In this document: positions 19,942 to 29,087 of the stretch, piece by piece | How the letters are laid out: every line of letters starts with the position of its first letter | Numbering within the stretch: position 1 is the first letter of the stretch | Source: Bacilli bacterium | GTDB lineage: Bacteria; Bacillota_I; Bacilli_A; RF39; UBA660 | Length of the DNA: 61,939 bases | Direction: 5' to 3' | Assembly (NCBI GenBank): GCA_017511945.1 | Contig: JAFWHR010000007.1 | Span: 1-61,939 of the forward strand | The notes under the pieces: generated by a model | Seen by the model: the letters and a program-made list of their open reading frames with translations, nothing else | The model's database searches: none | Told to the model about the DNA's origin: nothing | Translations under genes and position numbers: made by a program

Positions 19942-20823
19942 ATGTCAAAAGTATATTTTACAAAAGAAATAACACCAGAGAGTTTACAAAGGATTTATGA
20001 AGCTTTAGGAGTTGAGTTAAAAGGAAAGGTAGGCGTTAAAGTATCTACTGGAGAGGCTGGTTCAAAAGGATATTTAAAAGCTGATTTAATTGGACCATTT
20101 GTCAAAGGGTTAAATGGAACTATAATCGAATGTAATACAGCTTATCCTGGAAAGAGAAATACTGCTGAAGAACATATTAAAGTTGCAGAAGATCATGGAT
20201 TTACAACATTTGCAGATGTAGATATTATGGATGCAGAAGGAGAATTTAAAATACCGGTTAAAGATGGAAAGCATTTAGAGTATGATATTATTGGTGAGAA
20301 TTTTAAGAATTATGATTCAATAGTTAATCTTGCTCACGGTAAGGGACATGCAATGGGAGGATTTGGAGCTAATCTTAAAAATCAATCTATTGGAATTGCA
20401 TCTAGAAATGGTAAAGCTTATATCCACTCATGCGGACAAACTATGGACCCTGATAAGTGCTGGAGTGTTAAATATCAGCAAAAGGATTTCATAGAATCTA
20501 TGGCTGAAGCTGCTAAAGCAGTATCTGATTATATAAAGGAGAATAATAAACAAATAATTTACATCACAGTTATGAATGCTATATCAGTTGACTGTGACTG
20601 TGATGCACATCAAGGTGATCCTGTAATGGATGATTTAGGTATAATCGCATCTTTAGATCCAGTTGCCAATGATCAGGCATTTATCGATATGCTTTGGAAT
20701 AGTTCTGACCCAGGACATGCTTTAATGATGGAGAGGGTAGATAGACAGGAAGGAAGACATATTACAGAGTACGCTGAAGAAATAGGTTTAGGTAGTACTA
20801 AATATGAACTTATAGAAATCTAA
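19942..20823 (+). CDS. DUF362 domain protein
   Basis: Begins MSKVYFTKE and has the CDCDAH Cys/His cluster. Start chosen at the third in-frame Met for RBS spacing. Confidence 0.6.
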   Translation: MSKVYFTKEITPESLQRIYEALGVELKGKVGVKVSTGEAGSKGYLKADLIGPFVKGLNGTIIECNTAYPGKRNTAEEHIKVAEDHGFTTFADVDIMDAEGEFKIPVKDGKHLEYDIIGENFKNYDSIVNLAHGKGHAMGGFGANLKNQSIGIASRNGKAYIHSCGQTMDPDKCWSVKYQQKDFIESMAEAAKAVSDYIKENNKQIIYITVMNAISVDCDCDAHQGDPVMDDLGIIASLDPVANDQAFIDMLWNSSDPGHALMMERVDRQEGRHITEYAEEIGLGSTKYELIEI

Positions 20824-20851
20824 AACTTACTATTTATTTTGGAGGCTTGTT

Positions 20852-21592
20852 ATGGATGTTAAAAAGATAAAAAAAGAATTAATAGAACAGAAAAAATCTA
20901 AATTTAAAGGAAATATATATCATTATTCGCAGGTAAATTTTGCGTATAATTCAAATAAGATTGAAGGTAGTAAATTAACCTCGGATGAGACAGAGGAAAT
21001 TTTTGAGACAGATTCTTTTATTCCTAAGTCTGATGATGCAATAAAGTTAGATGATTTGATTGAAATGAAAAATCATTTTAGATTATTTGATTATACCTTA
21101 GATATGGTTGATGAAAAATTATCTAAAGATATAATGATTAAAATGAATAAGATTTTAAAGCGAAATACCACTGATGAGGCAAATCCAAGATATAATGTTG
21201 GTGGGTTTAAAGTTGTTCCGAATAAAGTAGGACTTATAAATGTTATAAATACATCTGAGCCTAAAAATGTAGAAAAGGATATTGATGATTTATTAAGTTG
21301 GTATGAAAAAATTAATTGTATTTCTATCGAAGATATAATTGAGTTTCATGTCAGATTTGAACGAATTCATCCATTTGGAGATGGCAATGGTAGAGTTGGT
21401 AGAATGATTATGTTTAAAGAATGCTTAAAAAATAGTATATTACCTTTTATTATTTTAGATGATGATAAACCTTATTATATGCGTGGATTAAAGGAATATG
21501 ATAATGATAAGATGTTTTTAATAGATACAATCAAAAATGAGCAAGATAGATTCGAAGAGGTTTGTAAAGAATTATTAAATTTTAATATTTAA
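20852..21592 (+). CDS. Fic family protein (probable AMPylase)
   Basis: Core motif HPFGDGNGRVGR. N-terminal SNKIEG fits the (S/T)xxxE(G/N) inhibitory motif. Confidence 0.85.
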   Translation: MDVKKIKKELIEQKKSKFKGNIYHYSQVNFAYNSNKIEGSKLTSDETEEIFETDSFIPKSDDAIKLDDLIEMKNHFRLFDYTLDMVDEKLSKDIMIKMNKILKRNTTDEANPRYNVGGFKVVPNKVGLINVINTSEPKNVEKDIDDLLSWYEKINCISIEDIIEFHVRFERIHPFGDGNGRVGRMIMFKECLKNSILPFIILDDDKPYYMRGLKEYDNDKMFLIDTIKNEQDRFEEVCKELLNFNI

Positions 21593-21634
21593 TGTGTTTG
21601 TGTTAATTGTATCCATTTGGTAGCATTTGTAATT

Positions 21635-22039
21635 AATCTTAAAAATCAATCAAATTAAATTGCTTCTAGAAGTGGTAAAGCTTATATTCATTCATTCGGA
21701 AAGATTATGGATCCTGATGAGTGCTGGAGAATTAAATATCAGCAAAGAGATTTTATTGGATCCATGTCTGAAGCTTTTAAAACAGTATCAGATTATTTAA
21801 AAGATAATAAACAAATAATTTACATCACAGTTATGAATGCCATATCAGTTGACTGTGACTGTGATGCACATCAAGGTGATCCTGTAATGGATGATTTAGG
21901 TATAATTGCATCTTTAGATCCAGTTGCAAACGATCAGGCATTTATCGATATGCTTTGGAATTCTACTGACCCAGGACATGCTTTAATGATGGAGAATGCA
22001 TTAAAATGTATAAAATTTATCGATTCTAAAGAGGTATAA
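21635..22039 (+). pseudogene. Truncated 3-prime copy of the DUF362 gene
   Basis: 21635-21995 aligns with 20371-20734 (a 3-nt indel; the 3-prime part is near identical). In the parental frame it hits TAA after NLKNQSN. The 21707 ATG corresponds to an internal Met of the parent. Confidence 0.75.
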
Positions 22040-22040
22040 T

Positions 22041-22478
22041 ATGGAAAAGACCAGTGAAAATAATTTATTTTTTGTCTGTAGTTTAATAGAATATATTGCA
22101 AGAAAAACAAAAAATACCAAGAAATATATTGTTCAAAAATTAGGTAAAGATAAAGTTAGCAAAATATATGATTTAGCCGAAGTATATCATAGTGAAAATA
22201 TTGATAAGGTGACTGATGAACTTATAAAAGAATTAAATATAGATGAAGGTAGCTATGTACTTAATATAAAAAATGGTAAACCCACATTTTGGGAACTTGG
22301 AAGAATTTATCAAAGATTGATATTAAAAAAAGATAAAAATCCTGATATGTTTATCGACAATCTTATAATTATTTTAACTTCATTTATAATACCGAAGCTT
22401 GATAATTATGATAGTAGTCTCTATTATGAAAATATTGATTATTTATATGAGTGTTTAATAAGTGGCAAGGTTCTTTAA
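22041..22478 (+). CDS. Hypothetical protein (N-terminal part resembles DUF3791)
   Basis: 145 aa, RBS agaggt. The family call is weak pattern recognition only. Confidence 0.4.
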   Translation: MEKTSENNLFFVCSLIEYIARKTKNTKKYIVQKLGKDKVSKIYDLAEVYHSENIDKVTDELIKELNIDEGSYVLNIKNGKPTFWELGRIYQRLILKKDKNPDMFIDNLIIILTSFIIPKLDNYDSSLYYENIDYLYECLISGKVL

Positions 22479-22558
22479 ATTTTTATTTAATTTTACTAAC
22501 TTTAGAAAAATTTATAAAAAAACATGATTTAGTGCTATACTAAATATAGAAGGTGATT

Positions 22559-22909
22559 ATGAAGTTATTAAAAAGGTATTGTTTATATTTATTAAGGTGG
22601 CAACTGAGTACTCCAATTCTAGCTATAGTACTCAAACTTTTATCAAAAATGAGTACTTTAAGTGCGACAATAATTGCTAATTTTATAGGCGGACTCATTT
22701 TCTTTTGGGTAGATAAACTTATATTTAAGAAAAAGTCTGATGTTCCTCTTTGGGAGATTAAAGACGATGTTAAGTGCTATGACTGCCATAAAAAAACTAC
22801 CGGCTATAGAATTGTCCAGTGGGGTAATTATGACAAAAGTGATGATCAGAATCCGCAGTATAGATGTAAGAAGTGTAGCATAAAAAAAATGGAAACAATC
22901 ACAAAGTAG
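22559..22909 (+). CDS. Small membrane protein with a C-terminal CxxC...CxxC zinc ribbon
   Basis: Two TM helices, then CYDC...CKKC. Confidence 0.45.
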   Translation: MKLLKRYCLYLLRWQLSTPILAIVLKLLSKMSTLSATIIANFIGGLIFFWVDKLIFKKKSDVPLWEIKDDVKCYDCHKKTTGYRIVQWGNYDKSDDQNPQYRCKKCSIKKMETITK

Positions 22910-22953
22910 ATCTTTAATGATTTGCTTTTTTAACATAGAGGTAGGGAAATAAT

Positions 22954-23673
22954 ATGAAGATAATGACTTTTAATATGAAAAATGATGGCATTAATCCGTT
23001 TGGTCATTGGAAACAGAGAGTAATTGGATTTAAAGAGCTCATTAAAAAAGAAAAACCTGACATCATTGGAACTCAGGAGATGAACATAAAGGCAAAGATA
23101 TTATTAGATAATCTTTTAAAAGAAAATAATTTATATTATACGTTTTATGGAGAGAGTAGAAAGAGGGATAACAGTATATATGATGAGTATAACTGTATAC
23201 TTGTAAAAGATAGTATTAAAGTTATAGACTTTAGTACATATTCTTTATCTAATACGCCGCACGTTCCAAGATCTAAGTTTAAAGATGACGTTTTTCCTAG
23301 AATTATAACTCATATTGAAACTGATAAATATCACATCTATAATACTCATCTTTCAGCTAAAATACTTAAAAATAAACTATTACAATTAGATTGCATAACT
23401 TCTTTATTAAAATGGGATAAACCTGTAATACTACTTGGAGATTTTAATTTAGGAATGAAAAGATTAAGCCCTTTTATGAGAAAAAATGGATTAACTGATG
23501 CTACTGAAGAGGTAGGTAATACTTTCAGTACGAAAAAAGATTTATTCCATCTAGATCACATATTAATCGATAACAGATTAAAATATGATAATAGTGTTAA
23601 AATTTTATTTAAATATAATGGCAGATACTTAAGTGATCACTTTCCAATAATTACCGAAATTGAAAAGATTTAA
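22954..23673 (+). CDS. Endonuclease/exonuclease/phosphatase (EEP) family protein
   Basis: 239 aa with MTFNMK...GTQE...LLGDFN...SDHFPI. Confidence 0.8.
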   Translation: MKIMTFNMKNDGINPFGHWKQRVIGFKELIKKEKPDIIGTQEMNIKAKILLDNLLKENNLYYTFYGESRKRDNSIYDEYNCILVKDSIKVIDFSTYSLSNTPHVPRSKFKDDVFPRIITHIETDKYHIYNTHLSAKILKNKLLQLDCITSLLKWDKPVILLGDFNLGMKRLSPFMRKNGLTDATEEVGNTFSTKKDLFHLDHILIDNRLKYDNSVKILFKYNGRYLSDHFPIITEIEKI

Positions 23674-23726
23674 AATTTTACTTATTTTAAAAAAAGAGTA
23701 TAATTTATCTTTGGGAAGTGATTAAA

Positions 23727-24455
23727 ATGAAATATTGTGCTTACTGTAAGGTTTTAAATGAAGAAGGCTCAAAGGTATGTAAAATTTGCGGAAGAAAACT
23801 TAATGAGACTGTTTATACTAAAGAATCTAAAGTAAAATATAAACCTAAAACTAAACATAAAACAAAACATAAAACTAAATATAAAAAAGTATATAAAGAT
23901 AGAAGAGAAAAAGGGAAGATGAGTTTTTTTCAAAAGTTTATGATGTTTATTTTGATAAATTTATGTATAGCTTTAATGGGTGTGTGTGCTTATATGGGCT
24001 ATCACATATACACTTCTGAAAATATAGATGTTCCAAATGTCATAGGTTATACTTTTGAAGATGGAGAAAGCATTTTAAAAGAAAACAAATTAGAAGTTTT
24101 AAAAGTCGATAAAAAAGTATCTTCTCTTGAAGAGGTGGGAATAATACTTGATCAAAGCAAAAAAGGAAAAGCTAAAGAAAATCAGACAGTTAAACTATAT
24201 GTTGGGGTTTTAGATGATAAAATTATTGTTCCAAATGTTATAGATTTAGATATTGATAAAGCCATAGAAAAGTTAAAAAGTTTAGATATCTCTTATAAAT
24301 TAGAATATGAAGATGGGGATGAAGATGGAGTTGTTTTAAATCAAAGTATAAAAGGAGGAAGTAAGATAGAGAAAAAAGATGTGATTACTTTAAAAGTATC
24401 TAAAAAACAAAGTAAAACTGAAGATGAAGTTACAAAAGATGAGGTAGGAAATTAA
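23727..24455 (+). CDS. Zinc-ribbon / TM / double PASTA domain protein
   Basis: CAYC...CKIC, a basic KTKHKTKHKTKYKK tract, one TM, and two VPNVIG/VPNVID-initiated PASTA-like units. Confidence 0.6.
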   Translation: MKYCAYCKVLNEEGSKVCKICGRKLNETVYTKESKVKYKPKTKHKTKHKTKYKKVYKDRREKGKMSFFQKFMMFILINLCIALMGVCAYMGYHIYTSENIDVPNVIGYTFEDGESILKENKLEVLKVDKKVSSLEEVGIILDQSKKGKAKENQTVKLYVGVLDDKIIVPNVIDLDIDKAIEKLKSLDISYKLEYEDGDEDGVVLNQSIKGGSKIEKKDVITLKVSKKQSKTEDEVTKDEVGN

Positions 24456-24468
24456 TTTCCTACTTTTT
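24444..24468 (+). terminator. Rho-independent terminator
   Basis: gtaggaaa/tttcctac stem, loop ttaa, then ttttt. Confidence 0.65.
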
Positions 24469-24519
24469 ATGTCTTGTTATTAAGTTAAAAATAGTATAAA
24501 ATGATATATAGGTGATAGG

Positions 24520-24909
24520 ATGAAAAAGGGTTTTACATTGGTTGAACTTCTCGGAATACTCATGATACTTGGAGTTATAACTTTAATTGCTGCACCAGCA
24601 ATAGTATCTACCAATAAGAAGTCTATAGATAACGATTATGTGGAATTTAAAAAGACGATTGAAAATGCAGCTGAAGTATACGTGGAAACTCATTTGGATG
24701 ATATAGATGTTATTAACTTAAAAAATAATGGATCATCTATGGATATAGATGTATCAACTTTGATATCTTCTGGACTTATTAATGGGGGAATGAAAAATCC
24801 TAACGTTAAACAAGATGTTAATGGAAATGAAAAAATAGCAAATCAACAAATATCTGTAACTGCAAGTAAAGAGGGTAATGTAATAAAATATACCTATAGT
24901 GGACCATAA
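24520..24909 (+). CDS. Type IV pilin / pseudopilin-like protein
   Basis: Prepilin leader MKKG|FTLVELL followed by a hydrophobic helix. 129 aa. Confidence 0.8.
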   Translation: MKKGFTLVELLGILMILGVITLIAAPAIVSTNKKSIDNDYVEFKKTIENAAEVYVETHLDDIDVINLKNNGSSMDIDVSTLISSGLINGGMKNPNVKQDVNGNEKIANQQISVTASKEGNVIKYTYSGP

Positions 24910-24933
24910 TATTTGAAAGGAATGATACTTCAT

Positions 24934-26112
24934 ATGAAAAAGACTATAAGAGATTATGATATAAAAGGAAAAAGAGTAATAATAAGATGTGATTTTAATG
25001 TCCCTATTGAAAATGGTGAAATAAAAGATCTAACCAGAATCAAAAAAAGTTTAAGGACGATTAGATATGCTAGAAAAAATGGAGCAAAAGTTATTTTACT
25101 TTCTCATATGGGAAGAGTTAAAACTGATGAAGATAAGAAATATACATTAAAATGTCTAGTAGATCCTCTATCTAAAATGCTTAGAAAAAAAGTTAAATTT
25201 ATACCACTTACAAGAGGTGAAGAAGTTTTAAATGCAGTAAAGCAAATGAAGGATAGAGATGTCCTATTAATTGAAAATACTAGGTTTGAAGATTTAAATG
25301 GAAAGAAAGAGAGCTCAAATGATAAAGAACTTGGAAAATACTGGGCAAGTTTAGGAGATATATTTATAAATGATGCTTTTGGAACTATTCACAGATCTCA
25401 TGCATCAAATGCCGGAATAGAGAAAAATCTTCCTAGTGGAATTGGATTTTTAGTTGAAAAGGAGATAAAATGTTTAGATAAATTAAATAATCCTAAAAGA
25501 CCTTATACAATCGTACTTGGGGGCTCTAAGATATCAGATAAAATAGGTCTTGTAGAAAAGTTAACTTTAAAGGCTGATTACATTTTAATAGGTGGAGCAA
25601 TGGCTTTTACATTTTTAAAAGCGGCTGGTTTTTCTATAGGCTCTTCACTTTTCGAAAAAGATCAATTACCTTTCTGCACAAATCTATTAAATAAATATCC
25701 AGATAAAATAATTCTTCCAATAGATATAATAACAGCTAAAGAAATTAAGGATAATGTTAAAACTAAAGAGAGATTTTTAGGTGAAATTAGAGAAGATGAA
25801 ATTGGACTTGATATAGGTAAAAAGAGTTTAGAAGTGTTTAAACAGTATATAGATGACAGTAAAACCATATTTTGGAATGGACCTATGGGTTATTTTGAAT
25901 TAGACACATTTTCAAATGGAACTAGAGAAATATGTAAGATGATAGCTGAATCAAAATCATATAAGGTTATAGGTGGAGGAGATACCGCACGTGCAGTAAA
26001 TGAAATGGGCTTTGAAAAAAATATGGATCACATATCTACTGGTGGAGGAGCAGCTTTAACATATATAGAAGGAGTTAGCCTTAAGGCTTTAAAATTGATA
26101 GATGAAAAATAG
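24934..26112 (+). CDS. pgk: Phosphoglycerate kinase
   Basis: KGKRVIIRCDFNVP, SHMGR and GGGDTA motifs. Start set at MKKTIRDYD. Confidence 0.9.
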   Translation: MKKTIRDYDIKGKRVIIRCDFNVPIENGEIKDLTRIKKSLRTIRYARKNGAKVILLSHMGRVKTDEDKKYTLKCLVDPLSKMLRKKVKFIPLTRGEEVLNAVKQMKDRDVLLIENTRFEDLNGKKESSNDKELGKYWASLGDIFINDAFGTIHRSHASNAGIEKNLPSGIGFLVEKEIKCLDKLNNPKRPYTIVLGGSKISDKIGLVEKLTLKADYILIGGAMAFTFLKAAGFSIGSSLFEKDQLPFCTNLLNKYPDKIILPIDIITAKEIKDNVKTKERFLGEIREDEIGLDIGKKSLEVFKQYIDDSKTIFWNGPMGYFELDTFSNGTREICKMIAESKSYKVIGGGDTARAVNEMGFEKNMDHISTGGGAALTYIEGVSLKALKLIDEK

Positions 26113-27106
26113 AAAGAGAAACATTTTTATAATACTATTAATATCTTTAGTAGTTTTGTATTTTGTTTTTAAAGATGATCCAGTAGAGAAAATAAAATGT
26201 CTATTTTCATTAAATCCAATCTGGCTTTTAGTTTCATTTTCTTTAATGTTTGTCTATTGGATTTTAAAAGGAATTGTACTATATTATATAACTAGAAAAA
26301 TAGATAAAACTTTTACTATTAAAGATGGAATTAAACTGATGATTTCAACTCAGTTATTTCACTCAATAACTCCATTCGCATCAGGTGGACAGCCTTGGCA
26401 GATTTATAAACTTAAAAAAAGAGGAGTTCCAGTAGGAGAGAGTACGAATATGGTGATAGAGGATTTTATCGCATATCAAATAGCTCTAATACTACTTGGA
26501 GTTTTAGCAGTCTTATTAAATCACTTTTTAAATATAATACCAAATACATCACATTTAAGATATTTGGTTTTAATCGGCTTTTCAATGAATATGCTTGTTA
26601 TCATTTTACTATTTATAGTAGCTTTCAGTAAAAAGTGGAATAAAAAGATAATAGATTTTACGATAAAAGTATTATATAAGATAAAAATAATTAAAGATAA
26701 GAAGAAAATGCTAAAAAAATCTGAGAAATTTATCAACAATTTCCACGGTGGAGCTGAGATCTTATTTAGTGATAAGATGAATTTTATAAGAATTATATTA
26801 TTAAATTTTGCTGCTTTAACATTTCAATATCTAGTTCCATTCACACTTATGCTTGGACTTGGAGTGTTTGTAAATCCAGTTTACGTTGTGACGTGCTCTG
26901 CATATGTAATGCTTATAGATTCGATGATACCAACTCCAGGTTCTACCGGTGGACTTGAGTATGGGTTTATGTCATTTTTTAAGACGTTTATTAAAGGTTC
27001 TAAACTATCTGCTGTAATGATAGTTTGGAGAGTTATTACTTACTACTTTGGAATAATTATGGGATTTATATTTATAAATGTTAAAGATAAGGAGGTAGGA
27101 ACTTGA
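26102..27106 (+). CDS. Flippase-like / lysylphosphatidylglycerol-synthase TM-region family membrane protein (UPF0104)
   Basis: 334 aa, polytopic. Overlaps the pgk stop by 11 nt. Confidence 0.55.
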   Translation: MKNRKRNIFIILLISLVVLYFVFKDDPVEKIKCLFSLNPIWLLVSFSLMFVYWILKGIVLYYITRKIDKTFTIKDGIKLMISTQLFHSITPFASGGQPWQIYKLKKRGVPVGESTNMVIEDFIAYQIALILLGVLAVLLNHFLNIIPNTSHLRYLVLIGFSMNMLVIILLFIVAFSKKWNKKIIDFTIKVLYKIKIIKDKKKMLKKSEKFINNFHGGAEILFSDKMNFIRIILLNFAALTFQYLVPFTLMLGLGVFVNPVYVVTCSAYVMLIDSMIPTPGSTGGLEYGFMSFFKTFIKGSKLSAVMIVWRVITYYFGIIMGFIFINVKDKEVGT

Positions 27107-28335
27107 GGATAGGTATTTTTACAGAGACGTATTCTCCTTATATTAGTGGACTTGTAACCAGTGAAGTGATGCTTAAAAAAGCTTTAGAAAAATTAGGTCA
27201 TAAGGTATACGTAGTTACGGCCAATTTAGAAAGCTTTCATTATCAATATGAAGAAGAAGAAAGGGTACTAAAAATTCCTGGAATTCCTACTGGAATATAT
27301 GATTCAAGACTTACTAGTATTTATCCAATTAAAGCTATTAATATGATCAAATCTTGGAATTTAGATGTAATTCATTCACAAACAGAATTTGCAATCGGTT
27401 CATTTGCAAGGTTATTTGCTAAACAGTATAACATACCGATAGTTCATACTTATCATACGATGTATGAGGATTATGTTCACTATATTACTAAAGGGCATTT
27501 TAGTAAGTCTTCTAAAAAATTAGTTGGTTATTTAACAAAATTTTACTGTGATAAGACCATTACAGAACTTATCGTTCCAACTAAAAAAGCGTATGATTTA
27601 TTTAAAGAAAAATACAGTGTTAAAAGAAATATTCATATCATCCCAACTGGAATAGAAATAGATAGATTTTATAGAGAAAATACGGGTAGTAAAAAGTTGT
27701 CATCACTAAAAAAGAAGTATAATATTAAGAAAAATGATTTTGTCTTAGTGTTTGTTGGTAGAATCGCTGAGGAGAAAAACGTTCCGTTTATAATCGACGT
27801 TATGAGTCAAATGATAAGTACATATCACAGTTTAAAGATGTTAATTATTGGTGATGGACCTGATAAAGAAAATTATGAAAAATATTCTAAGAGTAAAGGG
27901 TGTGACAAAAATATAGTTTTTACTGGCAAAGTTCCGTGGGATGAAATTCCTCTTTATTACGCTCTAGGTAGTGCCTTTATATCAGCATCTACTACAGAGA
28001 CCCAAGGGTTAACAATAATTGAAGCTATGGCATCATCTCTTCCAGCCGTGACAATTGACGATGAGAGTTTTTCAGGTACTGTTATAGATGAGTTAAATGG
28101 TTTTTTATTTAAAGATGAAAAAGAATGCATTAAAGCAATTGAAAGACTAATTAATGATAAAGAATTATATAAAAGGCTTTGTAATGGAGCGAGAAATAGT
28201 GCAGATTCACATTCTTCGAAATATTTTGCCCAAAGGGTAATAGATGTATACGAAATAGCTATCTCTAAAAGAAAACCAGGCTATAAAGAGAAAATAAAAG
28301 ATTTTATCAGTAAGGTGGTATCATGGAAAGATTAG
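27103..28335 (+). CDS. Family 4 glycosyltransferase (diacylglycerol glycosyltransferase-like)
   Basis: MRIGIFTETYSPYISG N-terminus and a C-terminal E...E GT-B signature (TETQGLTIIEAMAS). TTG start behind aaggagg. Confidence 0.75.
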   Translation: MRIGIFTETYSPYISGLVTSEVMLKKALEKLGHKVYVVTANLESFHYQYEEEERVLKIPGIPTGIYDSRLTSIYPIKAINMIKSWNLDVIHSQTEFAIGSFARLFAKQYNIPIVHTYHTMYEDYVHYITKGHFSKSSKKLVGYLTKFYCDKTITELIVPTKKAYDLFKEKYSVKRNIHIIPTGIEIDRFYRENTGSKKLSSLKKKYNIKKNDFVLVFVGRIAEEKNVPFIIDVMSQMISTYHSLKMLIIGDGPDKENYEKYSKSKGCDKNIVFTGKVPWDEIPLYYALGSAFISASTTETQGLTIIEAMASSLPAVTIDDESFSGTVIDELNGFLFKDEKECIKAIERLINDKELYKRLCNGARNSADSHSSKYFAQRVIDVYEIAISKRKPGYKEKIKDFISKVVSWKD

Positions 28336-28997
28336 TATTAAATCAAAAAGCATATTTTACTTCACTAAAAGAAATAGAAGAGTTTCAAAATAAAATAGAT
28401 AAATATAAAAATAGTGTCATTGTAATCCCTTCTAATATATATTTAGAAAATTATATTAAAAAAGGTTATAAAGTAGGATGTCAAGATGTATCTGATTATA
28501 AATCAGGACCTCATACTGGTGAAGTGTGTGCGAAGGCTTTAAAAGACTTAGGTGTTAGCTATGTTTTAGTCGGTCATTCTGAACTTAGAGAAAAATACAA
28601 ATTATCTCAAGATGTAATTGTCAGTAAAACTCGTAGATGTTTAGAAGAGGGATTAAATGTGATTTTGTGTATTGGAGAATCTTTAAAGGAAAAAGAACAG
28701 ATGCAAATATTTAAGGTTATAGATGATGAGTTAAAAGGAGTAGATAAAAGCATCATAATTTCATATGAGCCTATATGGTCGATTGGGAGTGATTTAATTC
28801 CTTCTTTTGAAGAGATAATGGATATTATCAGTTATATAAAATCAAAAGGTTTTAAAAAAGTTTTGTATGGTGGTAGCATTAATGAGCGAACTATTAATGA
28901 ATTAAAAGATATGAAGGGGTTAGATGGATTTTTAGTTGGAAGTGCATCTGTAAGTTTTGAAAATGTTATTAAGATGATAGAAGTTTTATCAGAGTGA
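28323..28997 (+). CDS. tpiA: Triosephosphate isomerase (short, divergent)
   Basis: LNQK (for NWK), GPHTGE, VGHSELR and YEPIWSIGS. 224 aa. Confidence 0.7.
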   Translation: MERLVLNQKAYFTSLKEIEEFQNKIDKYKNSVIVIPSNIYLENYIKKGYKVGCQDVSDYKSGPHTGEVCAKALKDLGVSYVLVGHSELREKYKLSQDVIVSKTRRCLEEGLNVILCIGESLKEKEQMQIFKVIDDELKGVDKSIIISYEPIWSIGSDLIPSFEEIMDIISYIKSKGFKKVLYGGSINERTINELKDMKGLDGFLVGSASVSFENVIKMIEVLSE

Positions 28998-29009
28998 AGC
29001 TTCTATTTT

Positions 29010-29016
29010 TTCGACA
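29010..29016 (+). promoter_or_regulatory. Candidate Spo0A box (TTCGACA, the reverse complement of TGTCGAA)
   Basis: Exact 7-mer about 45 nt upstream of the TGTATAAT extended -10 (TATAAT at 29060-29065) preceding spo0A. Confidence 0.4.
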
Positions 29017-29087
29017 AAACTAGATATTTTTTACTCTAGAAAATGTATGATGTATATTGTATAATTTTTATGGTAAGGGAGAGAAAT

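Noticed and set aside
21707-22039. The 110-aa ORF as a functional gene
   Set aside because: Its ATG corresponds to an internal Met of the DUF362 parent. Homology extends a further 70 nt upstream across an in-frame TAA, and there is no RBS. Treated as a remnant.
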